Shown: piece by piece, positions 1-11,400 of the stretch
How positions within the stretch are numbered: position 1 is the stretch's first letter
Layout of the letters: every line of letters starts with the position of its first letter
DNA from: a virus
Taxonomy: Duplodnaviria > Heunggongvirae > Uroviricota > Caudoviricetes
IMG/VR virus record: IMGVR_UViG_3300032167_000028
Strand: one strand, 5' to 3'
Length of the DNA: 64,000 nt
Made by a program: the position numbers and the translations under genes
Notes under the pieces: generated by a model
What the model was told of the DNA's origin: nothing
Seen by the model: the letters and a program-made list of their open reading frames with translations, nothing else
Database searches by the model: none

Positions 1-292
1 AATCCTGAATACCACGTTCATTGCACCACTCAAGGACATCTCTATCCTGTTCAATTAGAATATTCCTAATAGCACGAGCAGCATGAACAAACATATCCTC
101 ATGATTACCTTTAATATAAAGAATATTATCATTCTGAAGAATGTCTTTCATAATCATATAACCCTGTTCGCCACGATCACAAGCATCACCAAGAAAAATT
201 GCCTTATGATCACCAGTGTTCAAATGATTTTTAATCTGTTCGTATAATTCCCACACACCATGAATATCGGAAAAAACATAAGTTTTGCCCAT
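1..292 (-). CDS. calcineurin-like metallophosphoesterase (Ser/Thr phosphatase-like); N-terminal part only, C-terminus beyond window edge
   Basis: minus-strand translation from ATG at 290-292: MGKTYVFSDIHGVWELY...LGDACDRGEQG...IKGNHEDMF carries GDxHG, GDxxDRG and GNHE metallophosphatase motifs. Confidence 0.8.
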   Translation of the reverse strand, partial: MGKTYVFSDIHGVWELYEQIKNHLNTGDHKAIFLGDACDRGEQGYMIMKDILQNDNILYIKGNHEDMFVHAARAIRNILIEQDRDVLEWCNERGIQD

Positions 293-293
293 A

Positions 294-869
294 TTAACAC
301 GCTTCTTTCTTACAACATTCGTAAATTTCTTCAACAAACCATTGCATACCAAGACTAGTTTCCTCCATAGGGTCATAGCCCTGTGCTTCTTTATCTGCAA
401 GTCGATCAAAAATGGCATCCAACATTTCAATCTGTTTTGGATGCATAGCAATAGTCTTTCGCTTACTGTGCCACCATTCACGTTCTTTAGCATAGCTAAA
501 ATTGCGGCCCATATATGCTCTGCCAGCACCAAGATAATCGCAAAGCATTTCAACAAAATACTTATAAGGCATAATATTAAAAGTCATGCCCTTATCGAAG
601 TTATCAATCCAATATTCATGATGATGCTTATTGCGGCCGCGATGATGAAACCAAGCCATAGAATAACCATTAGCTTCTTTACAAGCATCAATAGGTGAGC
701 GAGTTCCCTGATAATGCTTTACAGACTCAAGAAACTCAACTGGGTGATACTTACTAAGATCATGTGTCAAACCCTGCCAGTATAACCCCATTTTAAAACA
801 ATAATGCCGCACCCATCTACGATGCTCTGCCACGGTATTCCAATGACCGATAAAATTCTTCCAATTCAT
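294..869 (-). CDS. putative HD-domain phosphohydrolase
   Basis: 191 aa ORF with H...HD...H...D pattern (EHRRW, GLTHDLSKYH, HHRGRNKHHHEYW, IDNFD); one-nt spacing to upstream gene. Confidence 0.5.
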   Translation of the reverse strand: MNWKNFIGHWNTVAEHRRWVRHYCFKMGLYWQGLTHDLSKYHPVEFLESVKHYQGTRSPIDACKEANGYSMAWFHHRGRNKHHHEYWIDNFDKGMTFNIMPYKYFVEMLCDYLGAGRAYMGRNFSYAKEREWWHSKRKTIAMHPKQIEMLDAIFDRLADKEAQGYDPMEETSLGMQWFVEEIYECCKKEAC

Positions 870-877
870 TAAATAAA

Positions 878-1300
878 CTACTCCATTACAAAGTCATGAT
901 GTTCAGACTTATTTTCAGAAACCTTGTCCAGAAAACCTTTTTCAATTTCCTTCTTTAGACGAATAATTTCATCTTCATAACAAACCCATTTACCACTAGT
1001 AAAATGTAAATGTAGAGGGAAATCTTCAAAACTCGCATACTGAGGTAAATCTGGAGCCGCGATTCCATGAGCCATGCAATAATTAGTATAAGCATTTAAG
1101 CCATCTAATGAATTAGCAATAAAACGATTACTATCAAGAAGGGTATACTCACAAGGATTGTCAATTCTAGCTCCATCATTTGTATAATATACAATATGTT
1201 CCGGACTTAAAAGAACTGACTCGCTTTCATATTTTAGACAAGCTTCTTCAGATAGAAACATTCTACCATCAAAAGCAATATAATGAACTTCTTTTCTCAT
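878..1300 (-). CDS. hypothetical protein
   Basis: 140 aa ORF tightly packed in minus-strand operon. Confidence 0.5.
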   Translation of the reverse strand: MRKEVHYIAFDGRMFLSEEACLKYESESVLLSPEHIVYYTNDGARIDNPCEYTLLDSNRFIANSLDGLNAYTNYCMAHGIAAPDLPQYASFEDFPLHLHFTSGKWVCYEDEIIRLKKEIEKGFLDKVSENKSEHHDFVME

Positions 1301-1351
1301 AATGACCTCTCTAACTTTCTTTTGATAATTATATTATACTTTATTTTTTTA

Positions 1352-1381
1352 GAAAAGTCAAAAAATGCGGCTTAGCCGCAT
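1352..1381 (-). terminator. intrinsic terminator after PurA-like gene
   Basis: hairpin TGCGGCTTAGCCGCA followed on the minus strand by a U-tract. Confidence 0.5.
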
Positions 1382-2457
1382 TAAATATCTAGTTTAGACA
1401 TAGTATCTTCTTTCCAACTACCGTGGATATTCGTAATAAAAGATGGCTTCTGAATTTCCGCAAACTCATTCTTACCAACAGCAATACGACCATTGGTATA
1501 ATTCATCTGCGTAAAAACCATATGAGCATTAACATTGTGATAATGCTGAAAGTCACGCTGGACACGATTGTAAAGTGTACGTTCCTTAATATAACCAAAA
1601 CGTAAATCATCCTGCCAATCATTATGCTGGTTAGTCTTATCTACGATTAGAGGGTTAATATCCTCCTTCGCACATTCTGCTTCCATCTCACCAACACCAT
1701 GTCGCGTCATATAGGTGCGAGAAACATAATACACATCTGTCGGTGCTCCAACAGTGCGGATAAGTTCAGCAATATTATAATGACCAACGCTAGAGGGGGT
1801 AAGGTGCTTCGTAAAACCAATCAAAGATTGGTCAAGAAGTAGTCCCTGACCGCCCTCGAAAATAATTGTATCATAATTAATCACTACCTCATCAAAAGTA
1901 GCAATCTTACAGTTAGACACAACCCATCCAATGGCTCGCATCCAATTATCAAGATTATAAAGTTCATCTTCGCCGCAGTCATACTGCTCAAGAATCGCCT
2001 TTACCTTAGGATAGATATTCCATGCATCAGTCATTTCCGCGGCATACAAACTAAACTCCTGCGTAGCATTACGCTTAGAAGCTTCAAAAATGCCCAGACC
2101 ACAAGAACCATGCTTTGATCCACCACGAGCAAGTTCCTTCTTACGATTGCGTACAACATCACAAGGAAGAACAACGCGGCAATGCGGGTCAATAATAGGA
2201 GTTTCCTGCGTTAAAAAAAGAGCAATTGGATCAAGTAGGAACTTTTCGTGGTAAAAGGTGTCGCTACCGACAAGAGCACCAGTGCCAAGGCAATGGAACA
2301 CTTTACCGCCAGCAGTATGGCCACGCTGGACGCCACCATTATAAAGAACGGTAAGAACCTTATGATTCTTTTCCGCCGCTTCCTTTGCTAGACAATAGGA
2401 TACAAGACCCTTTCCTTCGTCACCAAGGTTGGCACCAGTTACCACTTTAATTTCCAT
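1381..2457 (-). CDS. adenylosuccinate synthetase family protein, short form (PurA-like; PurZ candidate)
   Basis: 358 aa. VVTGANLGDEGKG matches the PurA P-loop VVLGTQWGDEGKGK; GGVQRGHT matches GGHNAGHT; IIFEGGQGLLLD matches VMFEGAQGTLLD; YYVSRTYMTRHG matches YSTRVGAGPF. About 70 aa shorter than cellular PurA. Confidence 0.75.
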   Translation of the reverse strand: MEIKVVTGANLGDEGKGLVSYCLAKEAAEKNHKVLTVLYNGGVQRGHTAGGKVFHCLGTGALVGSDTFYHEKFLLDPIALFLTQETPIIDPHCRVVLPCDVVRNRKKELARGGSKHGSCGLGIFEASKRNATQEFSLYAAEMTDAWNIYPKVKAILEQYDCGEDELYNLDNWMRAIGWVVSNCKIATFDEVVINYDTIIFEGGQGLLLDQSLIGFTKHLTPSSVGHYNIAELIRTVGAPTDVYYVSRTYMTRHGVGEMEAECAKEDINPLIVDKTNQHNDWQDDLRFGYIKERTLYNRVQRDFQHYHNVNAHMVFTQMNYTNGRIAVGKNEFAEIQKPSFITNIHGSWKEDTMSKLDI

Positions 2458-2472
2458 ACTTAAATCCTTTCT

Positions 2473-3360
2473 TTACCAAGAAATTTCGCCATTTTCATTA
2501 CGCATTACAGAAGTAGCAAAAGTTTCAGTCTGGGTTTCCATTACAATATTAGTAATAGTTCCCGCAAGCTGGTCAAGAGTACAAATCTTTAGATGATCTC
2601 CCAGTAGTTCGCCCCAGCTGGAATCAATACGATTATCATACCACGCATAAGAATTGCCAGGATCCTTTACTGCAATATGATATACATCATACTTTTCACA
2701 AACCTGCTTGTAAAGATCACGAGTATCTACATCTCCCTGAGAAGGAATACCCGTTAGCTGAGAGAGACGCCCACCCGGCAGATAAGGATTAAGTGGCTCA
2801 TCACCCATGGTAATGATAATACCCTTCTTACCACGCTTCCAACAGTCAAGCTTACACTGATTCAGACCGAAATACCATGTGGCAGTATAAGATTCATAAC
2901 CATTACCACCACCGCCACCTTCAAAGTAGGTTAGCATCATCTGATCCAGAATACGGACATCACTCTCAAACTGACTAGCCTGGATAGGGGCACGATCAAA
3001 AACAAGATCGCCAATACCCATAGTCATAAACTGAACGTCCTTAACCTTTTCATAAAGGCCGGTCATAATTTCATTCAGCTGGGCCGCACACTGCTTTGCT
3101 GTATCACCCATAGAACCAGTAACATCCAGACCAAGAATGACAGGAATGGTATTAGGATGCTCATCACTGTCGCAGCATTCACGAACTACCTTATAAGGAT
3201 TAAGCAGAGGATCAACCTTATGACTGGTATAAACCTCAGAAGTATTCATAGAAGCAAACGTTACAGTACGAATAGAAGCATCCGTTACACTCTTTGCAGA
3301 AAATCCTCTATCAACAAGACTGTCAACATACGCAGTAGTCGTCCATGCACCGCTACCCAT
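2473..3360 (-). CDS. von Willebrand factor A (vWA) domain protein
   Basis: ILGLDVTGSMGD MIDAS-type DxTGS motif; 295 aa. Confidence 0.6.
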   Translation of the reverse strand: MGSGAWTTTAYVDSLVDRGFSAKSVTDASIRTVTFASMNTSEVYTSHKVDPLLNPYKVVRECCDSDEHPNTIPVILGLDVTGSMGDTAKQCAAQLNEIMTGLYEKVKDVQFMTMGIGDLVFDRAPIQASQFESDVRILDQMMLTYFEGGGGGNGYESYTATWYFGLNQCKLDCWKRGKKGIIITMGDEPLNPYLPGGRLSQLTGIPSQGDVDTRDLYKQVCEKYDVYHIAVKDPGNSYAWYDNRIDSSWGELLGDHLKICTLDQLAGTITNIVMETQTETFATSVMRNENGEISW

Positions 3361-3362
3361 AA

Positions 3363-4172
3363 TTACTTATCCTCCTTCTCGTCCTCGGCACCGAAATCAA
3401 ACATGCCATCAAACATATTCTCGAAACCGCCGCCATTCATGAGCATCATCATAGGAAGCATAGAGTTCATATCGGTTCCGCCCTTGCCGCCCTTCATCAT
3501 CTCAGACATAACCATATACTTCATCATGGAGTTCATGCCCTTGGTCTTGCCCTTCATAGAGCCAAACATGGAAACAATCTTGCCATAGAAGTAAGTACGG
3601 CCCATAAACATATTACGCTCAGGAACGATATTAACGATGCTACCATCCTCATAACGCAGAGCCTCAATACGATTATCCTCGGTCTTAATAACGCAATGCG
3701 GCTTGCCAGAAGCAAGAATTACGTCGCCCTTCTCAACCTTGTTAGTTGGAATAATGAAGAAGAACTCAGAACCAATGTCGAAAACAAAGTTGTCGCAATT
3801 AGTAAGAGAGCCATCTTCAACATTGTAAGTCTTGTAACCATTAGAGGTCTTAATAGCCATATCGCCGTTCATAGAAAGACGAACCTGACCGGGAGCAACC
3901 TTACCAAATAGCTTACCAAAAAAATTATTAGAATCGAACATAGTAGTTTCTTTCTCCTTTTCATTTTGTTCTTGACTTTTTACATTCTTATTATATACTG
4001 ATTTTTTAAGTTTGTCAATTTTTTCAATTGTTTCTGTAGCTCGATATGTTAATTCGCCATTATCATACAGATCTTTAATTATATCAGTCGTGTCCCAACC
4101 CCACTTGGTATAGTTGCTAGTTCCCCAAGTATCTCCATCTTTAAACGTTAGTAAATATTCTGGTTTAAGCAT
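3363..4172 (-). CDS. hypothetical protein with Met/Gly-rich low-complexity C-terminus
   Basis: 269 aa ORF; C-terminal tail MMKGGKGGTDMNSMLPMMMLMNGGGFENMFDGMFDF. Confidence 0.5.
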   Translation of the reverse strand: MLKPEYLLTFKDGDTWGTSNYTKWGWDTTDIIKDLYDNGELTYRATETIEKIDKLKKSVYNKNVKSQEQNEKEKETTMFDSNNFFGKLFGKVAPGQVRLSMNGDMAIKTSNGYKTYNVEDGSLTNCDNFVFDIGSEFFFIIPTNKVEKGDVILASGKPHCVIKTEDNRIEALRYEDGSIVNIVPERNMFMGRTYFYGKIVSMFGSMKGKTKGMNSMMKYMVMSEMMKGGKGGTDMNSMLPMMMLMNGGGFENMFDGMFDFGAEDEKEDK

Positions 4173-4173
4173 A

Positions 4174-4548
4174 TTAACTCCTATTTGCTGCTACTGTTCC
4201 TTTAGTAATTGTTTTAATTTCCTCCCAACGATTGGAAAATCTATCAGGAAATTCTTTTGCGGCCATTTCTTTTAATTGTTCAACACAACCAAGCATTTCT
4301 TCTAAAACAACGTCGCGGGGAGTGGCTGGAAATTCTGGGAAAGCAGTGTTTTTACACATAAGTGTCATATTTTCTGTTAAAGACAATTCCAGTAAAACAA
4401 TATCATTAGAAACAGTAATTGTATGATTTTTATCCATATAAAGATACTGTAATAATATTTTAATATCTTCAAAACCATTTACTAAGATGTCTTTAGTCCT
4501 CATTAGTAAACTCCTTATTGTAAACAAGAAAAATGCGGTTGTCATCAT
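4174..4548 (-). CDS. hypothetical small protein
   Basis: ORF track; weak similarity to MazG-like all-alpha NTP pyrophosphatases not established. Confidence 0.35.
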   Translation of the reverse strand: MMTTAFFLFTIRSLLMRTKDILVNGFEDIKILLQYLYMDKNHTITVSNDIVLLELSLTENMTLMCKNTAFPEFPATPRDVVLEEMLGCVEQLKEMAAKEFPDRFSNRWEEIKTITKGTVAANRS

Positions 4549-4837
4549 AAGATACGCGAATTATATCTTCTTCTTGTATTTTATTCTTTTTACAGAAATC
4601 GTTGAAATTTTTTTCTGTTTGTTCCAAGCCCATATTTGGAAAAATTTTACATTGTACCATCTTTTTCCTTACTGAAGGTACGGGTTTGAAGTCAGATAGA
4701 TGCTGCCTTCGGATTATCTCTATACCTTCTGGTGTAGCAACTACTCTTTCATAATCCTGTCGCCGCATCTCTTCACGAACAAAATCTTCAACATTTTCAT
4801 AGCCAAGCTTTTCAATATCAGTCCAACTATAAAACAT
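4493..4837 (-). CDS. hypothetical protein
   Basis: start ATG at 4835-4837 overlaps the upstream stop (TAATG); GGAGG 10 nt upstream. Confidence 0.5.
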   Translation of the reverse strand: MFYSWTDIEKLGYENVEDFVREEMRRQDYERVVATPEGIEIIRRQHLSDFKPVPSVRKKMVQCKIFPNMGLEQTEKNFNDFCKKNKIQEEDIIRVSYDDNRIFLVYNKEFTNED

Positions 4838-5022
4838 TATTTTTTGTCCTCCCACACAAGAAGAATTTGCTGAGTGCTATATTTACCAAGACGACGATGT
4901 GCTTCGGAATCAATAGCAAAATCAACAGAAATGATTTGCTCACGAGTAATTTTATTTTCTTTTATGAAGTTTTGAAAATCATATGTCTGTCCATGTTGAT
5001 CAAAAATTTCTGCTCTAATCAT
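4837..5022 (-). CDS. hypothetical small protein
   Basis: 61 aa, AGGAG RBS. Confidence 0.5.
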   Translation of the reverse strand: MIRAEIFDQHGQTYDFQNFIKENKITREQIISVDFAIDSEAHRRLGKYSTQQILLVWEDKK

Positions 5023-5055
5023 AGAACTCCTTTTTCTTTTTATTATATCATAAAA

Positions 5056-5096
5056 TTAAAAAAAAGTAAAAAAATAAAGAGCGGCCCGAAGGCCGC
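5056..5096 (-). terminator. intrinsic terminator
   Basis: GCGGCCCGAAGGCCGC hairpin with long U-tract on the minus strand. Confidence 0.6.
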
Positions 5097-5102
5097 CCAT
5101 AA

Positions 5103-5465
5103 TTAACCTAGTTTTTCTAAAAGTTTCTCAAGTAAAGAATTAGTTGTAGCAAGCTGATCCTCTACATGAGTTAAACGATCACGAAGATTAGCATTTTCTT
5201 TCTCCTGAATAGAGAACTTATTAGCTAAAACTTCATATTCCTCAAAAGAAATTTTTACAACGCGAACAGAAATCTTTTCATCTGGAAAAGTATTTTTTGT
5301 TCCTTGTAAATGGTAAATAGTATTCTTATCAGAACCCATTACACCATTAGCAGATTGACTGTCCGTTACTACCGCACGCTTTTGCTTAGATAGATAACGA
5401 ACGTAGCAGACCTCCTCAGGGAGGAGGTCTACTACCATATTATTATGAACTAATTTATACATCAT
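5103..5465 (-). CDS. coiled-coil protein
   Basis: 120 aa; AGGAGAG RBS 9 nt after the stop of the giant gene. Confidence 0.55.
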   Translation of the reverse strand: MMYKLVHNNMVVDLLPEEVCYVRYLSKQKRAVVTDSQSANGVMGSDKNTIYHLQGTKNTFPDEKISVRVVKISFEEYEVLANKFSIQEKENANLRDRLTHVEDQLATTNSLLEKLLEKLG

Positions 5466-5476
5466 TATCTCTCCTA

Positions 5477-8400
5477 TTAGATACAGAAGCCGAAGGCAAT
5501 ACCAGCATAGTTACCGCCGCCAAGGTTGCCAACTCGACCAGCAGATTCGATATAACGGAAGAAGTGTTGGCCACCAATACCAGTAGAACGAGTCCAGTAG
5601 ATACCAACAGAACCCTCTTTAACACGACTATTGTCATCTGCATATACTGGATATGGCTCGCCCTGTCCAGCAATTACATAACTGGTATCTTCACAATTAA
5701 GTTCACGATCAGAAGGAATCCATAGGGTATCTACGGTACCTTCATTGAGGCGTTTTGCGTAATAACCATAGTCAGAGATCTTAATTACTGGACGTAAACC
5801 AACTCTTAAATCTTCTGGGAGCGCGCCACGCATTGTACTGTTAATCCAAGTACGAACATCACAGTGTTCCCAACCACCGGTATTATAAGTGGATTGTCCC
5901 TCAAATTCCTTTGGCTGTTCATTTATATGCTTACGTTCATAACCAAGATTTTTAACAATAAAGGTTAGTGCGGCTTTACCAGTACCACCATTATAATTTT
6001 CATCAACAGTAGCAAGATTATCGTGATTCTTACCTACAATTTCAACTTCAACAGTAGAAGTACGACCGTCAAGAGTATATTCAATTACTTTACGACCGCC
6101 CAGACCATAAGCATCAGTATTACCAGTACGACAGGCTTCAATAATAGTAGCCCAATCATCTTCAATATAGCCATCAAAAGCGAACTGAGCATAGTAATAG
6201 GTAGTACCAGTAATTGGAGTATCTGGAGAAGGACTCCAACCAGTGAACTCATAGTAATCAGAAGGCTCACCATTAATAAGCTTATAAATTTCACTTACGT
6301 CACCTGGATATACAGCTTTTTCGCCATAGAATACACGTGTTTCTGCAAGTTTAATGGATTCATTATAGAAATAAACTGGATAATCACGTAAAATAGAATT
6401 GAAGGTTGGTAAGAACTCACATGGTTCTTCAATGTAAGTATAGTCACGATCCCATCCACTCCAAGCATAATCATACTGATCGGTACTTGTCTTGGTTGGC
6501 TTAGACATTAACTTCGCATTAACTGGCTCGACCGCGGAATCACCTTCTGGAATCCATTGTTCGTTTTTCCACTCGCCATTTGCATCACAGAAACGTACAC
6601 GATAAATATTATCATAACGAGCAATGATATCATATGGCTTATGAATATCAGTTGGTAATTCAGACCATCCACGCCAAGTAGAACGAGTATCTTCCGTATC
6701 TTCACGTACAGGTTGTTCAATGAAACCTTCAGTGATTGGATTGATTACGTCATCACCTTCAATTGCAATGTAGCGATAAAGGAGAGTACGATCGTAATTG
6801 AAGTAACGAATGAAGAACTTAGCAGTTCCACCTACTACAACAATTAGTTCTGGGAAAGTATCATTGATTGTCTGTAAGAACTCATCAGTAATAGAATCAA
6901 CATGTACACGACCAGTAACAACTGCCTTAGCTGTGTTTGCGCCAGAAGCATCAAGACCACCACAAGCTTGTAGCTTAGTAATAGTAGCTTCAAGTGCGGC
7001 CTGATCGGTTGCTTCCCATTCTACCGCAGTTAAACGAACACGGTTTAGCTTTGGAGAATTGAGAATGAGAGCTTCAATATCTAAGCCAGGAGTATTCTCA
7101 ATCTGAAGAGTAGAAATATTCTCTTGACTTGCAAGAGTCATATTAGTTAGATTCTTCTGATTTTGAATAGTTAAGTTGGCAATTGTAGCAGGAAGCTCAA
7201 GAGTATGTAGGTGACCACCATTTGGTAAGTTAATACCAGTTAGCTTAGTGTTCTTTGCAAGAACAGTTTCAAGGCCATGGCAACCAGAAGCATCAAGATT
7301 TACAAACTCTGGATTAGTACAATTCTGTACGTTAATAAGAGTAAGTAGCTCATTGTTACCAACAGATAGAGAATATAGATTTGGATTCTCATAACCGTCG
7401 TCGCCGTTACCAACAATAACCTCAGTTAGTTTAGTTGCTGCCGCAAAGTCAGCCATACCAACTTTTAGAGGACTTAAGTCACCAACACTTGCAATACGGT
7501 CTGCGGAATAGATATAAACTTCAGTGTCGTTCATCTTATCGAGAGTACATTCAAGTTCATAAGAATTATTACGCTTACCGCGTACAGTAGCAACATTAGA
7601 GCCATACTTAATACGTGGCCAGATATCAGCATATGGAGTGACGGTGATGTTAGCAATATCATAAGCACGAAGAGTGATGTAATTAGTATTAGCATCGCCG
7701 CACTGATACTTACTATCGCGATAACGGAAGTCGTTGAATAACCACCAGTCACGCTGTGCCTTTTTGTCGCCCTGTAACATATCGAGGTGATCAATCTTTT
7801 GATTGATATATGGACTTAACCATTTCTTCTTAGCATCCTCATTCCAAAGAACTTCTGGCCAAGTTGCTTGATGATTTGCCATCTTAGAATTAATGACATC
7901 ATAAGCAAACTTCTTACCGCTACGAAGAGTGGTATACATATCTTTAATTTCGCTACCAAAGGCATCACGAACATTACACCAAAGTGTACTGTGCTGACCA
8001 TTGAATACATCTGCACCATTTACTTGGTCAGTATCCTCACAGTCATAGTTGAAGACTAGTGCACCTTCGTTATTAATACCAATCGCAGTATCCATATCGT
8101 AAGGAATTGGGAACCAATGATCACCATCAAAAGTGGTAAGGAATAGGTTCTTTGCACGGTTATCAACCATTAGGAAGACTTCGGTAAATAGATAGTAGAA
8201 TAAGCAAGGTTCTTTTACAAAGTACTGTTCAAATTCATCTTTGAATTTCTGTAGACGGGCCGCCTTTTCTTCTTCTGTATCAACTGCGTCGCGATCAGTA
8301 GAAACAACCCAGTCAGTCATACGTTTGAAATTAGTATAATCACGGAATGGATCATCAAGATCTGGGAAGCGAGCCTCAAAGTCATCATACCAAGCAGGAT

Positions 8401-11400
8401 AGGTTTCAGTGGAGCCATCTGGGTTGGTAACAGTAACAGTAGACTCATATTCAGATTCTTTAAAGATTACACGGTTAGAGGTGTTGTTACAGAATTCCCA
8501 GCACTCACAGTTTGGATAAATATCACGATCGAAACCAAATACATTTTCATTAGACTTGTCATCATTGAAATTGTACTTACCAACGAAAGTAGTTTCACCA
8601 GTAGTAGTGTTATTCCAGAATACTACACAAGCAAAGCCGCGAATACCCTGACGTACACGACCATCTTTTTCTTGTGCAACAGTTTTATATGGACAGGTTT
8701 CCTCATAGAAGTCAACAAGCATTACGTTGTTGGCATTTTCAGAAGAAGCATAGTCAGCTTTTAGACAAATAACTTCGCCCTCAAGACCGCCTTCAAAAAT
8801 TGGGAAACCATCAGCGGACTCGCCACTATTGGTGTAAGTGAGACCTTCCTTTAAAGAAACCTTATAGTTCTTTACTGGATAACCAGCAGAGGAAGTACCC
8901 TGAACGTCAAGCTGTACACCAGTTGCAGTGAAGTTGCGCTCTGGATGCATTTGATCAACGAAGGTAACAGACTTCTTTTTCTTCTTATCGCCCTTGTATT
9001 GTGGAAGTTCTTCGCACTCAAGGATGATATAAGGAATGGTCATTGGAAGATCCTGAATAGTTACTTCACCATTCTGCTTACTGAGAATATCATTACGCTC
9101 GTCTGCGGCAATACGATCAGCAAGAGTTGGACGATCACAAATGAAGTTATTTAATTGTTCTGCTTCATTTAGACCCTTATTATAAATACGGAGTACATAT
9201 AGGTCAAGACCACAAGAATCCGCGCCAATAGTAAGTCCAACAGGATTAACTTGGTTAAAGTTATCGCCTTCTGGATATACGGTTACGCCACACATAATAC
9301 CGTTAATGTATACATACACGAAACGATTTAGAGTACGTTGTTCAACAACGAATGTAACACGAACGCGTGTATCTTCACGGAATTGTACGGTAACAGAGGA
9401 TTGCTCAGAATTTAGAGTTGCCTGTTGAGACTTGATGACGAAGCCGCGTCCATTATCATTAGAAGAAACAACTACGCTATCATAGTCTCGGACATTATGT
9501 GTAGCAAGTTCAGCCTCAATGGTATAACCAGTAACACGAAGGTCATTAGTGTTATCAAATGGATAGAAAGGAATAGACATGCTATTACCGGGTAAGAAAC
9601 GAAGAACAGTTTGACCGTTTGCATCATCAATCCAACCATCAACATTAGACCAACCAAAACCATTAAAGGTAGCTTCAATTTCACCATAGCTCCAAGACTC
9701 TGGATTTGCCTCATTATTACTGCGGCCACTTGCATTAAAGTCAAGGACACAACTGTCAGTAATGATGGTCTTATTGAAAGTGGAAGGATTAACAGTTAGT
9801 TGAATATAAGACTTTTTCTCACCACAAGCAATTTGGAACTTTGTTGCACCAGCTGGGTAATCCTGAGTAGTCCAAACCTTTTCACCACGATCAACAGTTA
9901 GGGTTCTTGGAGTGCCATAAACTTCATCATTCTCATCAAGGATGGAAAGAGTGATTTCAGCATTCTCAGTAAATGGATCATAAACCATATAAGCAAGTGC
10001 GAGAGTTTCGCCCTGATTAACCTCTAACTTACTTGGAGTTAGCATTAGTACCGCCGCATCAGTCATTGTAGAGGAGGTATATAACATACCAAGACGTAAG
10101 GTTTCACTAGAAACAGAGGCACCATCAGATTCAGCAACAGCATAAATCTCAAAGATATGTGCACCATCTGGCTGAGCTGGAATACCAAAAGTACGGCTAA
10201 TACCAGAAGTTTCTACAACTTCAGTACCAAGCTCACGACCATCCATTACAAAGTGTACAGTCTTAGAACCTTGACCAGTAACGGTGTAAGGCATAGCAAC
10301 CGCACCACTATATAGACTCATTTCTGGTACTGTGGTAGTAACTGCTAGAGCAAGAACATTTACAGTATAAGCAAGAGTCTTGGAAGAACCTTCAGAGTTC
10401 TCAACCTTAATACGAATTGTATTTTCACCAGCAACAAGATACTTTGTAGCATCGAGTGTATAGCTGCCTTGTGGAATAGATAGAGAAGCTTTACGGACAT
10501 TGTTTACAGTAATAGTTCCAATACCAGGTCCGTCTGGATAGCTGTCATCATCAATAGAATGATAGCTAAACTTTAGAATAACTGGATCTCCTTCTGCTAC
10601 GGAAAGAACACGAGAACTGAGTTCATTTAGTAGAGAAATAGAATAGGTACTGCCACCAGAACCTGTACCGCCGCCAGTACCACCAATGATTTCAACAGAG
10701 TCGCCGACTTGTACACCATTAGCAGTTAACCAAAGTTTATTACCTTCATAAGCAAGGCCATCAACAGCGTTAGCCCCAATGAAGTCTTCAAGTTCATCAT
10801 GTAGAGCTTTTAAGTCATAGCCAATCTGACGTACTGCTCCACCAGCGGTAGTATGAGTAGTACCATCATAACCTACACGAATATCGCGTAGCTCGTAATT
10901 AGAATCATTTTCCTCACCGGTAAGAGTATCAAGAAGATTATCTACACGAGCTTCAGTAAGATCCATCTTTTCAGTTAAACCAGTGGCTGTACCTTCTACG
11001 GTTTCAACACGAGTATTAAGTGCGGCATTATCAGCTATAATAGCTTCATTTGCAGTCTTAATTTCATCTACACTGGTTTGCATTGTAGTTACTGCTTCAG
11101 TAGCCGCATCTACATTAGCTTGCATAGCCTCAACCGCGGCTACAGACTCGGCATTACTTTCTTCAACAGCAGTTACCTTGGCAACCACTTCTTCATTTGA
11201 GGCTTGTAGCGCAGCGATATCAGTATCGTGCTGATCTACACGACCAGTTAAAGCAGTTAGTTCTTCAGAAGAAGCGCCACCGCCATTTTCGCTGCCTTCA
11301 CCACCTGCTTCAAGTTGAGATTTAATACTTTCAATCTCAGTATTAATGGTCTCAATATTAGCTGCGGTAGTAATGTCCGCTTCTTTTAAGGAAGCAATAT

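Noticed and set aside
5401-5437. 10-bp-arm palindrome AGACCTCCTC-AGGG-GAGGAGGTCT just after the giant-gene stop
   Set aside because: It lies inside the N-terminal coding sequence of CDS 5103-5465 (VVDLLPEEV). That gene's RBS and start abut the giant gene's stop, so it is probably a coincidental coding palindrome rather than a terminator. A role as an attenuator cannot be excluded.
6023-9799. Short ORFs on either strand inside the 2173-aa fibre gene (6023..6391, 6085..6294, 7531..7794, 9472..9750 and others)
   Set aside because: They are nested within a continuous 6.5 kb ORF with clear domain structure. These are shadow ORFs.
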